From positions 67,358 to 131,357 of the forward strand of contig CACASB010000001.1 of NCBI GenBank assembly GCA_902535155.1: 64,000 nt of DNA. Direction: 5' to 3'. The position numbers and the translations under genes are program-made. The notes beneath the pieces were generated by a model, which was not told where the DNA came from, did no database searches, and saw nothing but the letters and a program-made list of their open reading frames with translations. This DNA is from an uncultured Pelagibacteraceae bacterium (GTDB lineage: Bacteria > Pseudomonadota > Alphaproteobacteria > Pelagibacterales > Pelagibacteraceae). Below are positions 28,197-37,883 of the stretch, piece by piece; position 1 is the stretch's first letter; every line of letters starts with the position of its first letter.

Positions 28197-28711
28197 AAAA
28201 CTTTTTTAAATTATTATTAATACTTTTCTCATCTATAATAATATTTGAGAATACATTTGCCGAAGATAAACAAAAAATGGATACTGGGCATAAATATAAT
28301 GTATATACAGGTATGTTTGACTTCAGTGATGAAGGAAAAAAATCTCAAATCCTTGGAATCCAACATTTGAATGATAATCTTTTTAGAGATAGTTTTATAG
28401 GCACAGTTAAACCTGTCACTGGTTTTATGCTAACTGCTGACTCAGCATCATATTTATATACAGGAATTCAGGCAGAATATAATATTGGTAAATTAAATCT
28501 AACACCTAGTTTCACCCCGGGTTTATATCATGAGGGGAACGGAAAAGATCTTGGTCATTTGGTGGAGTTTAAAAGTGAGCTTCAATTATCACTTGATTTA
28601 TCACCTAGTACAGAATTTGGTTTTTCATATAACCATTTATCTAATGCCAGTCTAGGAGATAAAAATCCTGGGGCAAATAGTTATATGTTTAATTTTTCAA
28701 AAAGCTTTTAA
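28193..28711 (+). CDS. Lipid A 3-O-deacylase (PagL)/acyloxyacyl hydrolase family outer-membrane protein
   Basis: Signal peptide, DLG..VEFKS, HLSNA...NPG motif, C-terminal Phe. Confidence 0.75.
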   Translation: MKNFFKLLLILFSSIIIFENTFAEDKQKMDTGHKYNVYTGMFDFSDEGKKSQILGIQHLNDNLFRDSFIGTVKPVTGFMLTADSASYLYTGIQAEYNIGKLNLTPSFTPGLYHEGNGKDLGHLVEFKSELQLSLDLSPSTEFGFSYNHLSNASLGDKNPGANSYMFNFSKSF

Positions 28712-28720
28712 AGTATCTTA

Positions 28721-29872
28721 ATGAATTTAAAAGATTGCCATAATTTTAGTGACTTTAGAACTTTAGCTAAAAAGAAATTACCATCTCCGATATTCCATTA
28801 TATTGATGGTGCTGCAGATGATGAGATTACATATAATCGAAATACATCTGCATTTAATGATGTGGACCTTGTTCCAAATGTATTAAGGGGTGTTGAAAAT
28901 GTAGATTTATCTACAACGATTTTTGGGAAAAAAATTGATTTACCATTTTATTGCTCTCCCACAGCTTTGCAAAGACTCTTTCATTATGATGGAGAACGTG
29001 CGGTTGGAAAAGCTGCTCAAAAATTTAATACAATGTTTGGAGTATCAGCTTTAGCCACAGTAAGTGTGGAGGAGATATCTTCAATGATCGATACACCTAA
29101 AATGTTTCAATTTTATTTTCATAAGGACAGAGGATTAAATGACTCTTGCTTGGAAAGGGCTAAATCAGCTAAATTTGATGTAATGGCTTTAACTGTCGAT
29201 ACTATAACAGGTGGAAACCGTGAAAGAGATCTGAGAACTGGATTCACTTCACCACCAAAACTGACTTTGTCAAGTTTATTTAGTTTTGCGACTAAACCAA
29301 TGTGGGGAATAAATTACCTTACAAAAGGAAAATTTGAATTACCTCACTTACAAGACTTTGTAAAAGAAGGAACCAGTACAAATTCCTCAATAGGAAATTA
29401 TTTTTCTACTATGTTAGATCAGTCTATGAATTGGAATGATGCTGAAAAATTATGTTCTAAGTGGGGTGGTCATTTTGCATTAAAAGGAATTATGAGTGTT
29501 GAAGATGCAAAAAAAGCAGTTGATATAGGATGCACTGGAATAATGGTTTCAAACCATGGCGGAAGACAACTTGATGGATCAAGATCACCATTTGATCAAC
29601 TTTCAGAAATAGTTGATGCCGTGGGAGATAAAATTGATGTTATTTGTGAAGGTGGATTTCAGAGAGGCACTCATATGCTTAAAGCTCTATCTTTAGGAGC
29701 TAAAGCTTGTGCTGGAGGGAGACTATATCTTTATGCATTAGCTGCGGCAGGTCAAAAAGGTGTTGAGAGAGCTTTAGGACAATATAAAGCTGAACTACAA
29801 AGAGACATGAAATTAATGGGCTGCACCAAAATAAGCGACCTAAATAGAAGCAATTTAAGATTTAGAAGATAG
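28721..29872 (+). CDS. FMN-dependent alpha-hydroxy acid oxidase/dehydrogenase (LldD-like), paralog 1
   Basis: YIDGAADDE, LTVD, LKG, VSNHGGRQLD. Confidence 0.92.
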   Translation: MNLKDCHNFSDFRTLAKKKLPSPIFHYIDGAADDEITYNRNTSAFNDVDLVPNVLRGVENVDLSTTIFGKKIDLPFYCSPTALQRLFHYDGERAVGKAAQKFNTMFGVSALATVSVEEISSMIDTPKMFQFYFHKDRGLNDSCLERAKSAKFDVMALTVDTITGGNRERDLRTGFTSPPKLTLSSLFSFATKPMWGINYLTKGKFELPHLQDFVKEGTSTNSSIGNYFSTMLDQSMNWNDAEKLCSKWGGHFALKGIMSVEDAKKAVDIGCTGIMVSNHGGRQLDGSRSPFDQLSEIVDAVGDKIDVICEGGFQRGTHMLKALSLGAKACAGGRLYLYALAAAGQKGVERALGQYKAELQRDMKLMGCTKISDLNRSNLRFRR

Positions 29873-31029
29873 TGAGTTTAAAAGATTGTTATAATTTTGA
29901 AGACTTTAGAAGATTAGCAAAAAAAAAATTACCATCCCCAATTTTTCACTATATAGATGGCGGCTCTGATGATGAAGCAACCTTAAGAAGAAATACAGAC
30001 TCTTTTAATGAGTGCGATTTAGTTCCCAATGTCCTTGCTAGTGTCGGTAAACCAGATTTATCAACTACTTTATTTGGAAGAAAAATAGATATGCCCATAT
30101 TTCTTTCACCTGCCGCAATGCAAAGACTTTATCATCCTGAAGGAGACAAAGCTTCAGCAAGAGCAGCTGAAAAATATGGAACTTTTTATAGTATGTCCTC
30201 GATGGGCAACAACTCTATTGAGGAAATATCGAATATCTCAAGTGGTCCAAAGTTATTTCAACTTTACGTCCATAAGGATCGTTCGATTTCCGACGATTTA
30301 ATAGATAGATCAAGAAGATCTGGTTTTGACGCAATGTGTTTAACAGTAGATACTTTGGTTGCAGGCAATAGAGAAAAGGATCATAGGACAGGATTTACAA
30401 CACCTCCAAAGTTAACTTTAAAAAGCTTAATGAGTTTTGCAATGCGTCCTGAGTGGGTGTTTAATTATTTAACTGGAAAAAGATTTGAACTTTCAAATGT
30501 CAAAAAAAAAACAGATAAAGGAACAAATATTGCTAAATCAGTAATAGAATATATAAATGAGCAATATGATCCAGCTATGAACTGGAAAGATGCAGAATAT
30601 TGTGCCAAAAAATGGAATGGACCATTTGCTTTAAAAGGCGTGATGTCTGTAGACGACGCTAGAAGAGCAATCGATATCGGATGTACTGCAATAATGGTAT
30701 CAAATCATGGTGGACGTCAACTTGATGGATCTAGAGCACCTTTTGATCAAATCAAGGCCATATCAGATGCTGTCGGTGATAAGTTGGAGATTATTTTAGA
30801 TGGAGGAATTAGAAGAGGAACGCACGTTCTAAAAGCCATCGCAGCAGGCGCAAAAGCTTGTAGTTTTGGAAAAATATTTTTGTTCTCTTTAGCCGCAGGT
30901 GGTCAAAAAGGTGTTGAGCGTCTCCTTCAAAACATGCACGATGAGATTAATAGAAATATGGTTCTAATGGGATGCAAAAATTTAAAAGAGTTGAATAGTT
31001 CAAAATTAATTTATAGAAATAGTAAATAA
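29872..31029 (+). CDS. FMN-dependent alpha-hydroxy acid oxidase/dehydrogenase (LldD-like), paralog 2
   Basis: YIDGGSDDE, LTVD, VSNHGGRQLD, DGGIRRG. Confidence 0.92.
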   Translation: MSLKDCYNFEDFRRLAKKKLPSPIFHYIDGGSDDEATLRRNTDSFNECDLVPNVLASVGKPDLSTTLFGRKIDMPIFLSPAAMQRLYHPEGDKASARAAEKYGTFYSMSSMGNNSIEEISNISSGPKLFQLYVHKDRSISDDLIDRSRRSGFDAMCLTVDTLVAGNREKDHRTGFTTPPKLTLKSLMSFAMRPEWVFNYLTGKRFELSNVKKKTDKGTNIAKSVIEYINEQYDPAMNWKDAEYCAKKWNGPFALKGVMSVDDARRAIDIGCTAIMVSNHGGRQLDGSRAPFDQIKAISDAVGDKLEIILDGGIRRGTHVLKAIAAGAKACSFGKIFLFSLAAGGQKGVERLLQNMHDEINRNMVLMGCKNLKELNSSKLIYRNSK

Positions 31030-31038
31030 TTTAAATTT

Positions 31039-32202
31039 ATGAAATTAGCAAAAAGTTTAGATAGATTGGGAACAGAGACTGCGTTTTCAGTTTTGGCAGA
31101 GGCGAAAAAACTAGAAGCCACTGGAAAGCCAATGATACATCTTGGTTTAGGTCAACCTGATTTTAAAACACCTAAACATGTGGTTGAGGCGGCAAAAAAA
31201 GCTTTAGATGATGGACATCATGGGTATGTTTTGTCTAATGGAATTTTGGAATGCAGACAAGCAGTTACAAGAAAAATTAAAAAACTTTATAATCAAGACG
31301 TTGATCCAGAGAGAATTATAATAATGCCAGGCGGTAAACCAACAATGCATTATGCTATACAATGCTTTGGTGAGCCAGGAGTAGAAATAATTCACCCAAC
31401 ACCAGCATTTCCAATTTATGAGTCAATGATCAATTATACAGGCTCAACTCCTGTACCTTACGACCTTACTAAAGATAAAGATCTAAAATTTAATGCAGAG
31501 GAAATATTGTCTTTAATCACTGATAAGACAAGACTTTTGATACTTATTAATCCAAATAATCCAACTGGAAGTTTTGTAGAAAAATCTGAAATTGATAAGC
31601 TTGCACAAGGTTTAGAGAAACACCCTCATGTAACAATTTTAAGTGATGAAATTTACAGCAGACAAATTTTTGATGGAAAAGAAATGCCAACCTTTTTTAA
31701 TTATCCTAAATTAAGAGATAGACTAATTGTATTAGAGGGCTGGAGCAAAGCTTATTCGATGACTGGTTGGAGATTAGGTTGGAGTTTTTGGCCAGAACAT
31801 TTAGTAGAGCATGTAAATAAATTATTGATTAATAGTGTTTCCTGTGTAAATGCGGCTGCTCAGTTTGCAGGTATTGCAGCTTTAGACGGACCAGACGATT
31901 CGATTCATGAAATGATGGAAAAATTTACCGCCAGAAGAGATCTTATTTATAAAGGATTAAATGATTTACCAGGTATTGAATGTAGTCTACCTGGAGGAGC
32001 ATTTTATGCTTTTCCAAAAGTTAAAGAGACCGGCATGAATGGCAAAGAATTTTGTAAAAAGGCAATGCACGAAGCTGGTGTAGCTATTGTGCCAGGTACA
32101 GCATTTGGTCAAACTTGCCAAGATTATGTGAGATTTAGTTTCGCAGCCTCAAGGGATAATATTTCTCAAGCATTAGAAAATATAAAAAAGATGCTAAAAT
32201 AA
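31039..32202 (+). CDS. PLP-dependent aminotransferase class I/II
   Basis: NPNNPTG, SDEIY, SKAYSMTGWRLG. Confidence 0.93.
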   Translation: MKLAKSLDRLGTETAFSVLAEAKKLEATGKPMIHLGLGQPDFKTPKHVVEAAKKALDDGHHGYVLSNGILECRQAVTRKIKKLYNQDVDPERIIIMPGGKPTMHYAIQCFGEPGVEIIHPTPAFPIYESMINYTGSTPVPYDLTKDKDLKFNAEEILSLITDKTRLLILINPNNPTGSFVEKSEIDKLAQGLEKHPHVTILSDEIYSRQIFDGKEMPTFFNYPKLRDRLIVLEGWSKAYSMTGWRLGWSFWPEHLVEHVNKLLINSVSCVNAAAQFAGIAALDGPDDSIHEMMEKFTARRDLIYKGLNDLPGIECSLPGGAFYAFPKVKETGMNGKEFCKKAMHEAGVAIVPGTAFGQTCQDYVRFSFAASRDNISQALENIKKMLK

Positions 32203-32244
32203 TTAAGTATTTTTTTTACTGAATTTATATAGTATCATTACAAA

Positions 32245-33618
32245 ATGAATAATGAAGTCCAATCAGAATTAAAAAAAATATTAAATACAAGGTTTTCTCA
32301 GTCCGAGTCAACAAGGTTAACATATTCAAGAGGAGAAGACACATACGATCCTATTTTATCTAAAGCCGTAGTCTTCCCAGAGACAAACGAAGAAGTTTCA
32401 AAAATATTAAAAATTTGTAATGAACACAAAATACCTGTAGTGCCTTTTGGTACTGGTACCTCTCTAGAAGGGAATGTGGTTGGAAATGATCAGGGTATAA
32501 CAATCTCACTTGAAAAAATGAATAAAATACTAAGTGTAAATGTTGAGGATTTTGATTGTAAGGTTCAAGCTTGTGTCACGAGAGAGCAGTTGAATGAGTA
32601 TTTAAGGGAAGACGGCGTTTTTTTTCCAATAGACCCAGGTGCCAATGCTGCAATTGGTGGTATGGCTGCTACTTCTGCATCAGGAACTATGGCAGTAAAA
32701 TACGGTACTATGAAAACGGTAATATCAGGACTAACAGTTGTTTTGCCAAACGGTGAAATTATTAAAACAGGCAGTAGAACAAAAAAAACTTCTGCTGGGT
32801 ATAATTTAACAAATTTATTTATCGGTTCCGAGGGTACCTTAGGAATAATTACAGAGGTTCAACTAAGGCTGTCACCAATTCCAGAAAGTATTATGAGTGC
32901 AGTTTGTCATTTTAAAACTCTAGAGGAGGCAGTAAAAACAGCTCAAGAAGTAATTCAATATGGCATACCCATCGCAAGAATTGAAATGCTTAATAAAGAT
33001 CAAATGGAAATTAGTATAGAGTATTCGAAACTCAAAGATGTAGAAGCAACTCCAACATTATTTTTTGAGTTTCATGGCTCTGAGATATCAAATAAAGAAT
33101 CAATAGGTGTTGTTGAAGAGATTTCTAAAAATAACAATGGCAGCTCTTTTAAATGGGCAAAAGATTTAGCTGAAAGAAATAAACTGTGGCAAGCAAGGTG
33201 GGACGTTTATTATTCAGTTAAAGCTCAAATTAATAATGGCAGAGTTTATTCAACCGATGTTTGCTTGCCAATTTCTAAAATTACAGAGTGTGTAAATTTT
33301 GCAGATGCTGAGGCTAAAAAATTTGGCCTAAGGGCTCCTATGGTTGGTCATTTAGGTGATGGTAATTTTCATGTATTACTTCCTTATGATCCAGAAAAAA
33401 AAGAAACTTACCAAGCAATAAGAAAATTTAGCGATATACTTATAGAAAAAACATTGGAACTAGAGGGCACTATTACGGGAGAACATGGGGTCGGACTTCA
33501 CAAAAAAGATTATCTTCTAAAAGAACATGGCGATAATTTACCAGTTATGAAGTCCATAAAACGGACTATAGATCCAAACAATATCATGAATCCTGGTAAA
33601 ATTTTTGACTTAAATTAA
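32245..33618 (+). CDS. FAD-linked oxidase, D-lactate dehydrogenase/GlcD family
   Basis: GTGTSLEG, GSEGTLG, GHLGDGNFH, GEHGVG, MNPGK. Confidence 0.9.
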   Translation: MNNEVQSELKKILNTRFSQSESTRLTYSRGEDTYDPILSKAVVFPETNEEVSKILKICNEHKIPVVPFGTGTSLEGNVVGNDQGITISLEKMNKILSVNVEDFDCKVQACVTREQLNEYLREDGVFFPIDPGANAAIGGMAATSASGTMAVKYGTMKTVISGLTVVLPNGEIIKTGSRTKKTSAGYNLTNLFIGSEGTLGIITEVQLRLSPIPESIMSAVCHFKTLEEAVKTAQEVIQYGIPIARIEMLNKDQMEISIEYSKLKDVEATPTLFFEFHGSEISNKESIGVVEEISKNNNGSSFKWAKDLAERNKLWQARWDVYYSVKAQINNGRVYSTDVCLPISKITECVNFADAEAKKFGLRAPMVGHLGDGNFHVLLPYDPEKKETYQAIRKFSDILIEKTLELEGTITGEHGVGLHKKDYLLKEHGDNLPVMKSIKRTIDPNNIMNPGKIFDLN

Positions 33619-33627
33619 TTAAGTCGA

Positions 33628-34581
33628 ATGAAAAAAATATTAATCACCAGAAAATTATTAAGATCAAACGAGGAGAAAGCCTCAAAATTGTGGGATGCTA
33701 CTTTAAATTTAAATGATGAGCTTTATTCTCAGTCTAAGCTTATAGAGTTAAGCCAAGGTTGTGATGGAATTTTAACTTCACTAACTGATAAAATGGACCA
33801 GGAGACTATTAATAAATTGCCTGAGAGCGTACAAATTCTATCAAATTTTGCAGTAGGGTTTGGGAATATTGATTTAGCTGCTGCAAAAAAAAAAAATATA
33901 GTAGTAACAAATACTCCAGAGGTTTTAACAGATGCAACAGCTGAAATAGGAATTCTATTGATCCTTGGAGCTTGTAGACGAGCAAGTGAAGGTATACAAG
34001 CTGCAAAAGACTCCAATTGGAAATGGTCAGCAGATTATTTGATAGGCAAACAGTTAACAGGTTCAAGATTAGGTATTCTAGGGATGGGACGGATTGGTCA
34101 AAAAATCGCAAAAATTGCAAGGTCGCTGGGTATGATAATTCATTATCACAACAGATCTAAATTAAGCTCTGAAAAAGAGCAAGGCGCTTCTTACCATGAC
34201 AATTTAAAAAGTTTGATGGAAGTATCAGATGTTTTATCTGTGTGTTGTCCAGCTTCAAAAGAAACAATTAATCTAATTAATAAAAAAACTCTGGAATATT
34301 TACCAAAAGGTGCAGTTGTAACTAATGTCGCTCGTGGAGATATAGTTGATGATGATGCTCTATTAGACGCACTAGAGAGAAGAAAAGTCTATGCAGCAGG
34401 TTTAGACGTCTATAAAAATGAGCCTAATTTAAATCCAGGATATCTCAAACATAAAAGTGTTTTCATTCTTCCTCATTTAGGAAGTGCCACCAAAGAAACA
34501 AGAACAGCAATGGCAAATCTTGCAATAGATAATATTGAGGAATTTTTTAAAACCGGCAATTGCAAAAATAAAGTAAATTAA
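33628..34581 (+). CDS. D-2-hydroxyacid dehydrogenase (glyoxylate/hydroxypyruvate reductase-like)
   Basis: VTNTP.VLT.ATAE, GMGRIG, NVARG, GLDVY..EP, LPHLGSAT. Confidence 0.92.
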   Translation: MKKILITRKLLRSNEEKASKLWDATLNLNDELYSQSKLIELSQGCDGILTSLTDKMDQETINKLPESVQILSNFAVGFGNIDLAAAKKKNIVVTNTPEVLTDATAEIGILLILGACRRASEGIQAAKDSNWKWSADYLIGKQLTGSRLGILGMGRIGQKIAKIARSLGMIIHYHNRSKLSSEKEQGASYHDNLKSLMEVSDVLSVCCPASKETINLINKKTLEYLPKGAVVTNVARGDIVDDDALLDALERRKVYAAGLDVYKNEPNLNPGYLKHKSVFILPHLGSATKETRTAMANLAIDNIEEFFKTGNCKNKVN

Positions 34582-34699
34582 CAAAATAATACTACCTTTA
34601 GTTGTAAAAAATTAAGTTTAGAACAATTTTAACCTAAGACTCTAAGTTCGTTTTATGCTTTAATATTACGAAGTTAATTAACTAAAAGAGGAGAAATAA

Positions 34700-35854
34700 A
34701 TGATTAAAGAAAAAAAATCGTTGAAGGGAAAAATTCCTTCAAGACGTAAGTTCTTTAAAGCGGCGGCAGCAACTGGTGCAGCAGCAACAGCAGCAGTGGC
34801 AATGCCAAATATTGCATTCGGAGCTCCACAAACTCTAAAAATGCAAGCTGCATGGCCAAGTGGTGCTAACATCTTTTTTGAAATGGCAGGCGACTATTGC
34901 AAAATGGTCAACGACATGTCAGGCGGATCACTCAAAATTGATTTACAGCCAGTAGGAGCAGTAGTAAAGACAAGTGAAATCGGTTCAGCAGTAAGTACAG
35001 GAGCTGTGGATATGGGTCACTGGGTAACTGCTTATTGGTATGGTAAAAATCCAGCTGCATCTTTGTTTGGAACTGGACCATCTTACGGAATGTCATCTCA
35101 GGAAGTTATGGGATGGATGGAGTATGGTGGAGGAAGAAAACTGTATGAGGAGACAATCGCAAAAGTTGGATACGATTATACAGGTGTATTCCATATGCCA
35201 ATGCCAGCACAACCATTTGGTTGGTTTAAAAAGAACGTAACAAAAGTATCTGATGTTAAAGGTATGAAGTACAGAACTGTTGGTCTTGCTACTAACGTTC
35301 TTACTGCAATGGGAATGGTCGTAAGACAGTTACCAGGTGGTGAAATTCAACCAGCTATGAAAACTGGTTTGATTGAGGCAGCTGAGTTTAACAACCCAAC
35401 TTCAGACTCTCAATTTGGTATGCAAGATGTTTCTAAGCATTATCACTTAGGAAGCTTTCACCAATCACAAGAGATGTTTGAAATACCAATAAACAACAAA
35501 ACATTTAATAGTTTATCTCCAGCGAACCAAGCGATATTAAAAAATGCTGCTTACGCTGCAAATACAGATAACTACTTTAAAGCATTAGTTAGATATTCAG
35601 CAGATTTATCTAAATTAATGAATCAACATAAAGTAAATGTTTACCAAACTTCAGACGAGATCTTAGCTCAACAATTAAAAGGTTGGGATAAGGTAATCGG
35701 TGATTTTACTAAGAAAGATGCTTTCTTTAAGAAAATTGTCGATTCTCAAAAAGCATACGCTAAGAGAGTAATGAAATACTTGCTGATGAATCAGCCTAAT
35801 TACAAGCTTGCTTATGAAAATGAGTTTGGACCTATCGGAAAAGTAAAAATATAA
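34700..35854 (+). CDS. dctP: TRAP transporter substrate-binding protein (TakP-like), Tat-exported
   Basis: SRRKFFK twin-arginine signal, GWFKK, GMKYR, AAEF; strong RBS GAGGAG upstream. Confidence 0.9.
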   Translation: MIKEKKSLKGKIPSRRKFFKAAAATGAAATAAVAMPNIAFGAPQTLKMQAAWPSGANIFFEMAGDYCKMVNDMSGGSLKIDLQPVGAVVKTSEIGSAVSTGAVDMGHWVTAYWYGKNPAASLFGTGPSYGMSSQEVMGWMEYGGGRKLYEETIAKVGYDYTGVFHMPMPAQPFGWFKKNVTKVSDVKGMKYRTVGLATNVLTAMGMVVRQLPGGEIQPAMKTGLIEAAEFNNPTSDSQFGMQDVSKHYHLGSFHQSQEMFEIPINNKTFNSLSPANQAILKNAAYAANTDNYFKALVRYSADLSKLMNQHKVNVYQTSDEILAQQLKGWDKVIGDFTKKDAFFKKIVDSQKAYAKRVMKYLLMNQPNYKLAYENEFGPIGKVKI

Positions 35855-35873
35855 TTTAAATATTTTCTTAATT

Positions 35874-35900
35874 AAGGGGGCCATTGGCCCCCTTTTTTTT
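35874..35900 (+). terminator. Rho-independent terminator after the TRAP binding-protein gene
   Basis: AAGGGGGCC-att-GGCCCCCTT followed by a T run. Confidence 0.9.
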
Positions 35901-35938
35901 GTTTGATTAATAGATAGAATTTAACGTAAGGTAATATA

Positions 35939-36526
35939 ATGAGATCTTTCATAAAATTTGCTGACACTTTAAGCGCGTCAATGGGAAAAGCGTTTTCTTG
36001 GTGCATAGTAATACTTATGGGAGGAACTTGTTATGAAGTAATAATGGCTTATGCTTTTAACAGCCCAACACTTTGGAATTTTGACTTCAGTTTGCAGATG
36101 TATGGTGCAATTTTTATGATGGCAGGGGCTTATTGTTTGTCTACAGAGGCACATGTTAGAGGAGATGTAATATATAGATTATTTCCTACAAGAGTTCAGG
36201 GGTGGATAGATTTAATTTTATATTTTATTTTTTTTTTCCCTGGAATTTTAGCTTTAGCATTTTATGGATATGAATACGCTGCTTTGGCATGGAAAATAAA
36301 AGAAACTAGCTGGAATAGTCCTGCACAAATACAAATTTATATGGCAAAATCTTTAATTCCTTTATCTGGAATTTTATTAGCAATTCAAGGTATTAGCGAA
36401 GTGTGTAGAGCAATTATTTGTATTAGAACTGGGCATTGGCCAGAAAGATCGTCAGCTGATGCTGTAGAGACAGAAAAAATATTAATGAGAACTTCACAAA
36501 AGGACGAAAAATCAGATGTTATTTGA
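35939..36526 (+). CDS. dctQ: TRAP transporter small permease
   Basis: Four TMs, HVRGD motif, position between dctP and dctM. Confidence 0.9.
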   Translation: MRSFIKFADTLSASMGKAFSWCIVILMGGTCYEVIMAYAFNSPTLWNFDFSLQMYGAIFMMAGAYCLSTEAHVRGDVIYRLFPTRVQGWIDLILYFIFFFPGILALAFYGYEYAALAWKIKETSWNSPAQIQIYMAKSLIPLSGILLAIQGISEVCRAIICIRTGHWPERSSADAVETEKILMRTSQKDEKSDVI

Positions 36527-37877
36527 ATTAACAAACCCTGAGATAGCAATCTTAATGATGAGCTTATTTTTATTTGCTGTTCTATTGGGTTTTCCAATTG
36601 CGTTTACTTTATTAGCTATGGGAGTTGGATTTGGTTACTACGCATATTTTGATCCAGCAAGGATGGACCATATGTTTGATAATCGGATATTTTCACTTCT
36701 CGTTTCAAATACTTATACCATAATGGATAATACAGTTTTAACAGCGGTGCCTTTGTTTTTATTTATGGGGTATTTAGTCGAAAGAGCAGGAATAGTAGCA
36801 AAATTATTTTTTGCTATAAGACTTGCGTCTCATAGGCTTCCAGCTTCAATGGCTGTTGCTGCTCTTGTAACTTGTGCGTTATTCTCAACAGCTACAGGAA
36901 TTATTGGAGCTGTAGTAACTTTAATGGGCCTTTTAGCATGGCCGGCAATGGTAAAAGCTGGTTATGATAAAAAATTTGCCTCGGGAGTAATTTGTTCAGG
37001 TGGATGTTTAGGAATTTTAATTCCACCAAGCATCATGCTTATAGTTTATGCTGTAATTGCACAGTTATCTCCGCTAAGACTTTTTGCTGCAGCAATATTT
37101 CCAGGCCTAATGTTAGCAGGACTTTATATCTTATACGTAATTATTAGAGCATATTTTAACCCCTCTTTAGCACCTAAACCCGCTGCAGAAGAAATTCCCC
37201 CAAGAGCTGAAATCTTAAAAGAAGTGTTAGTTTCTTTTGTGCCCTTGTTCTCTTTAATAATTTTGGTTTTAGGAACAATTTTAGGTGGATTGGCTACACC
37301 TGCAGAAGCAGCAGCTGTAGGTGCATTTGGAGCTCTAGTATTATCTTATTTTTATAAATCTCTTAAATGGAAAAATTTTAAAGAGTCAGTATTTTTAACT
37401 GCAAAAACTAGTGCAATGATTATGTGGCTATTCGTTGGATCTTGGACGTTTGCTTCAGTATTTTCCTATTTAGGTGGACATGAAGTTTTTGAACATTTTT
37501 TTAAATCAATGGATATTCAACCTTGGCAATTTCTAGTTATTACTCAAATAATAATTTTCTTACTTGGCTGGCCATTGGAGTGGACAGAAATATTAATTAT
37601 ATTTGTGCCAATATTTTTACCACTTGTAGAGTTTTTTGGAGTAAATCCTTACTTCTTTGCAATGTTAATAGCTTTAAATTTGCAGACATCTTTTTTAACA
37701 CCTCCTATGGCAATGTCAGCTTATTATCTTAAAGGTGTTCAAAGTAAAAATGTTGAACTAATGCAAATCTTTAGAGGTATAATGCCGTTCTTAGGGATCG
37801 TAATCTTTGCAATGGTTTTAATGTATATGTTTCCTGGAATAGCGCTTTGGTTACCTGATACTTTATTCGCAGAATAA
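36516..37877 (+). CDS. dctM: TRAP transporter large permease
   Basis: AVPLF, LGILIPPS, ATPAEAA, SFLTPP. Confidence 0.93.
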   Translation: MLFELTNPEIAILMMSLFLFAVLLGFPIAFTLLAMGVGFGYYAYFDPARMDHMFDNRIFSLLVSNTYTIMDNTVLTAVPLFLFMGYLVERAGIVAKLFFAIRLASHRLPASMAVAALVTCALFSTATGIIGAVVTLMGLLAWPAMVKAGYDKKFASGVICSGGCLGILIPPSIMLIVYAVIAQLSPLRLFAAAIFPGLMLAGLYILYVIIRAYFNPSLAPKPAAEEIPPRAEILKEVLVSFVPLFSLIILVLGTILGGLATPAEAAAVGAFGALVLSYFYKSLKWKNFKESVFLTAKTSAMIMWLFVGSWTFASVFSYLGGHEVFEHFFKSMDIQPWQFLVITQIIIFLLGWPLEWTEILIIFVPIFLPLVEFFGVNPYFFAMLIALNLQTSFLTPPMAMSAYYLKGVQSKNVELMQIFRGIMPFLGIVIFAMVLMYMFPGIALWLPDTLFAE

Positions 37878-37883
37878 ATATTT

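Noticed and set aside
33885-33896. A12 homopolymer in the hydroxyacid dehydrogenase (similar A/T runs in tsaD, folD, ccmF) as phase-variation tracts
   Set aside because: Frames are intact and the runs encode Lys stretches, expected in such an AT-rich genome.
34672-34683. Palindrome AGTTAATTAACT before the dctP RBS, and similar TTAATTAA words near 33616, 35868 and 58728
   Set aside because: Almost pure A/T and often formed around TAA stop codons; cannot be distinguished from chance without conservation data.
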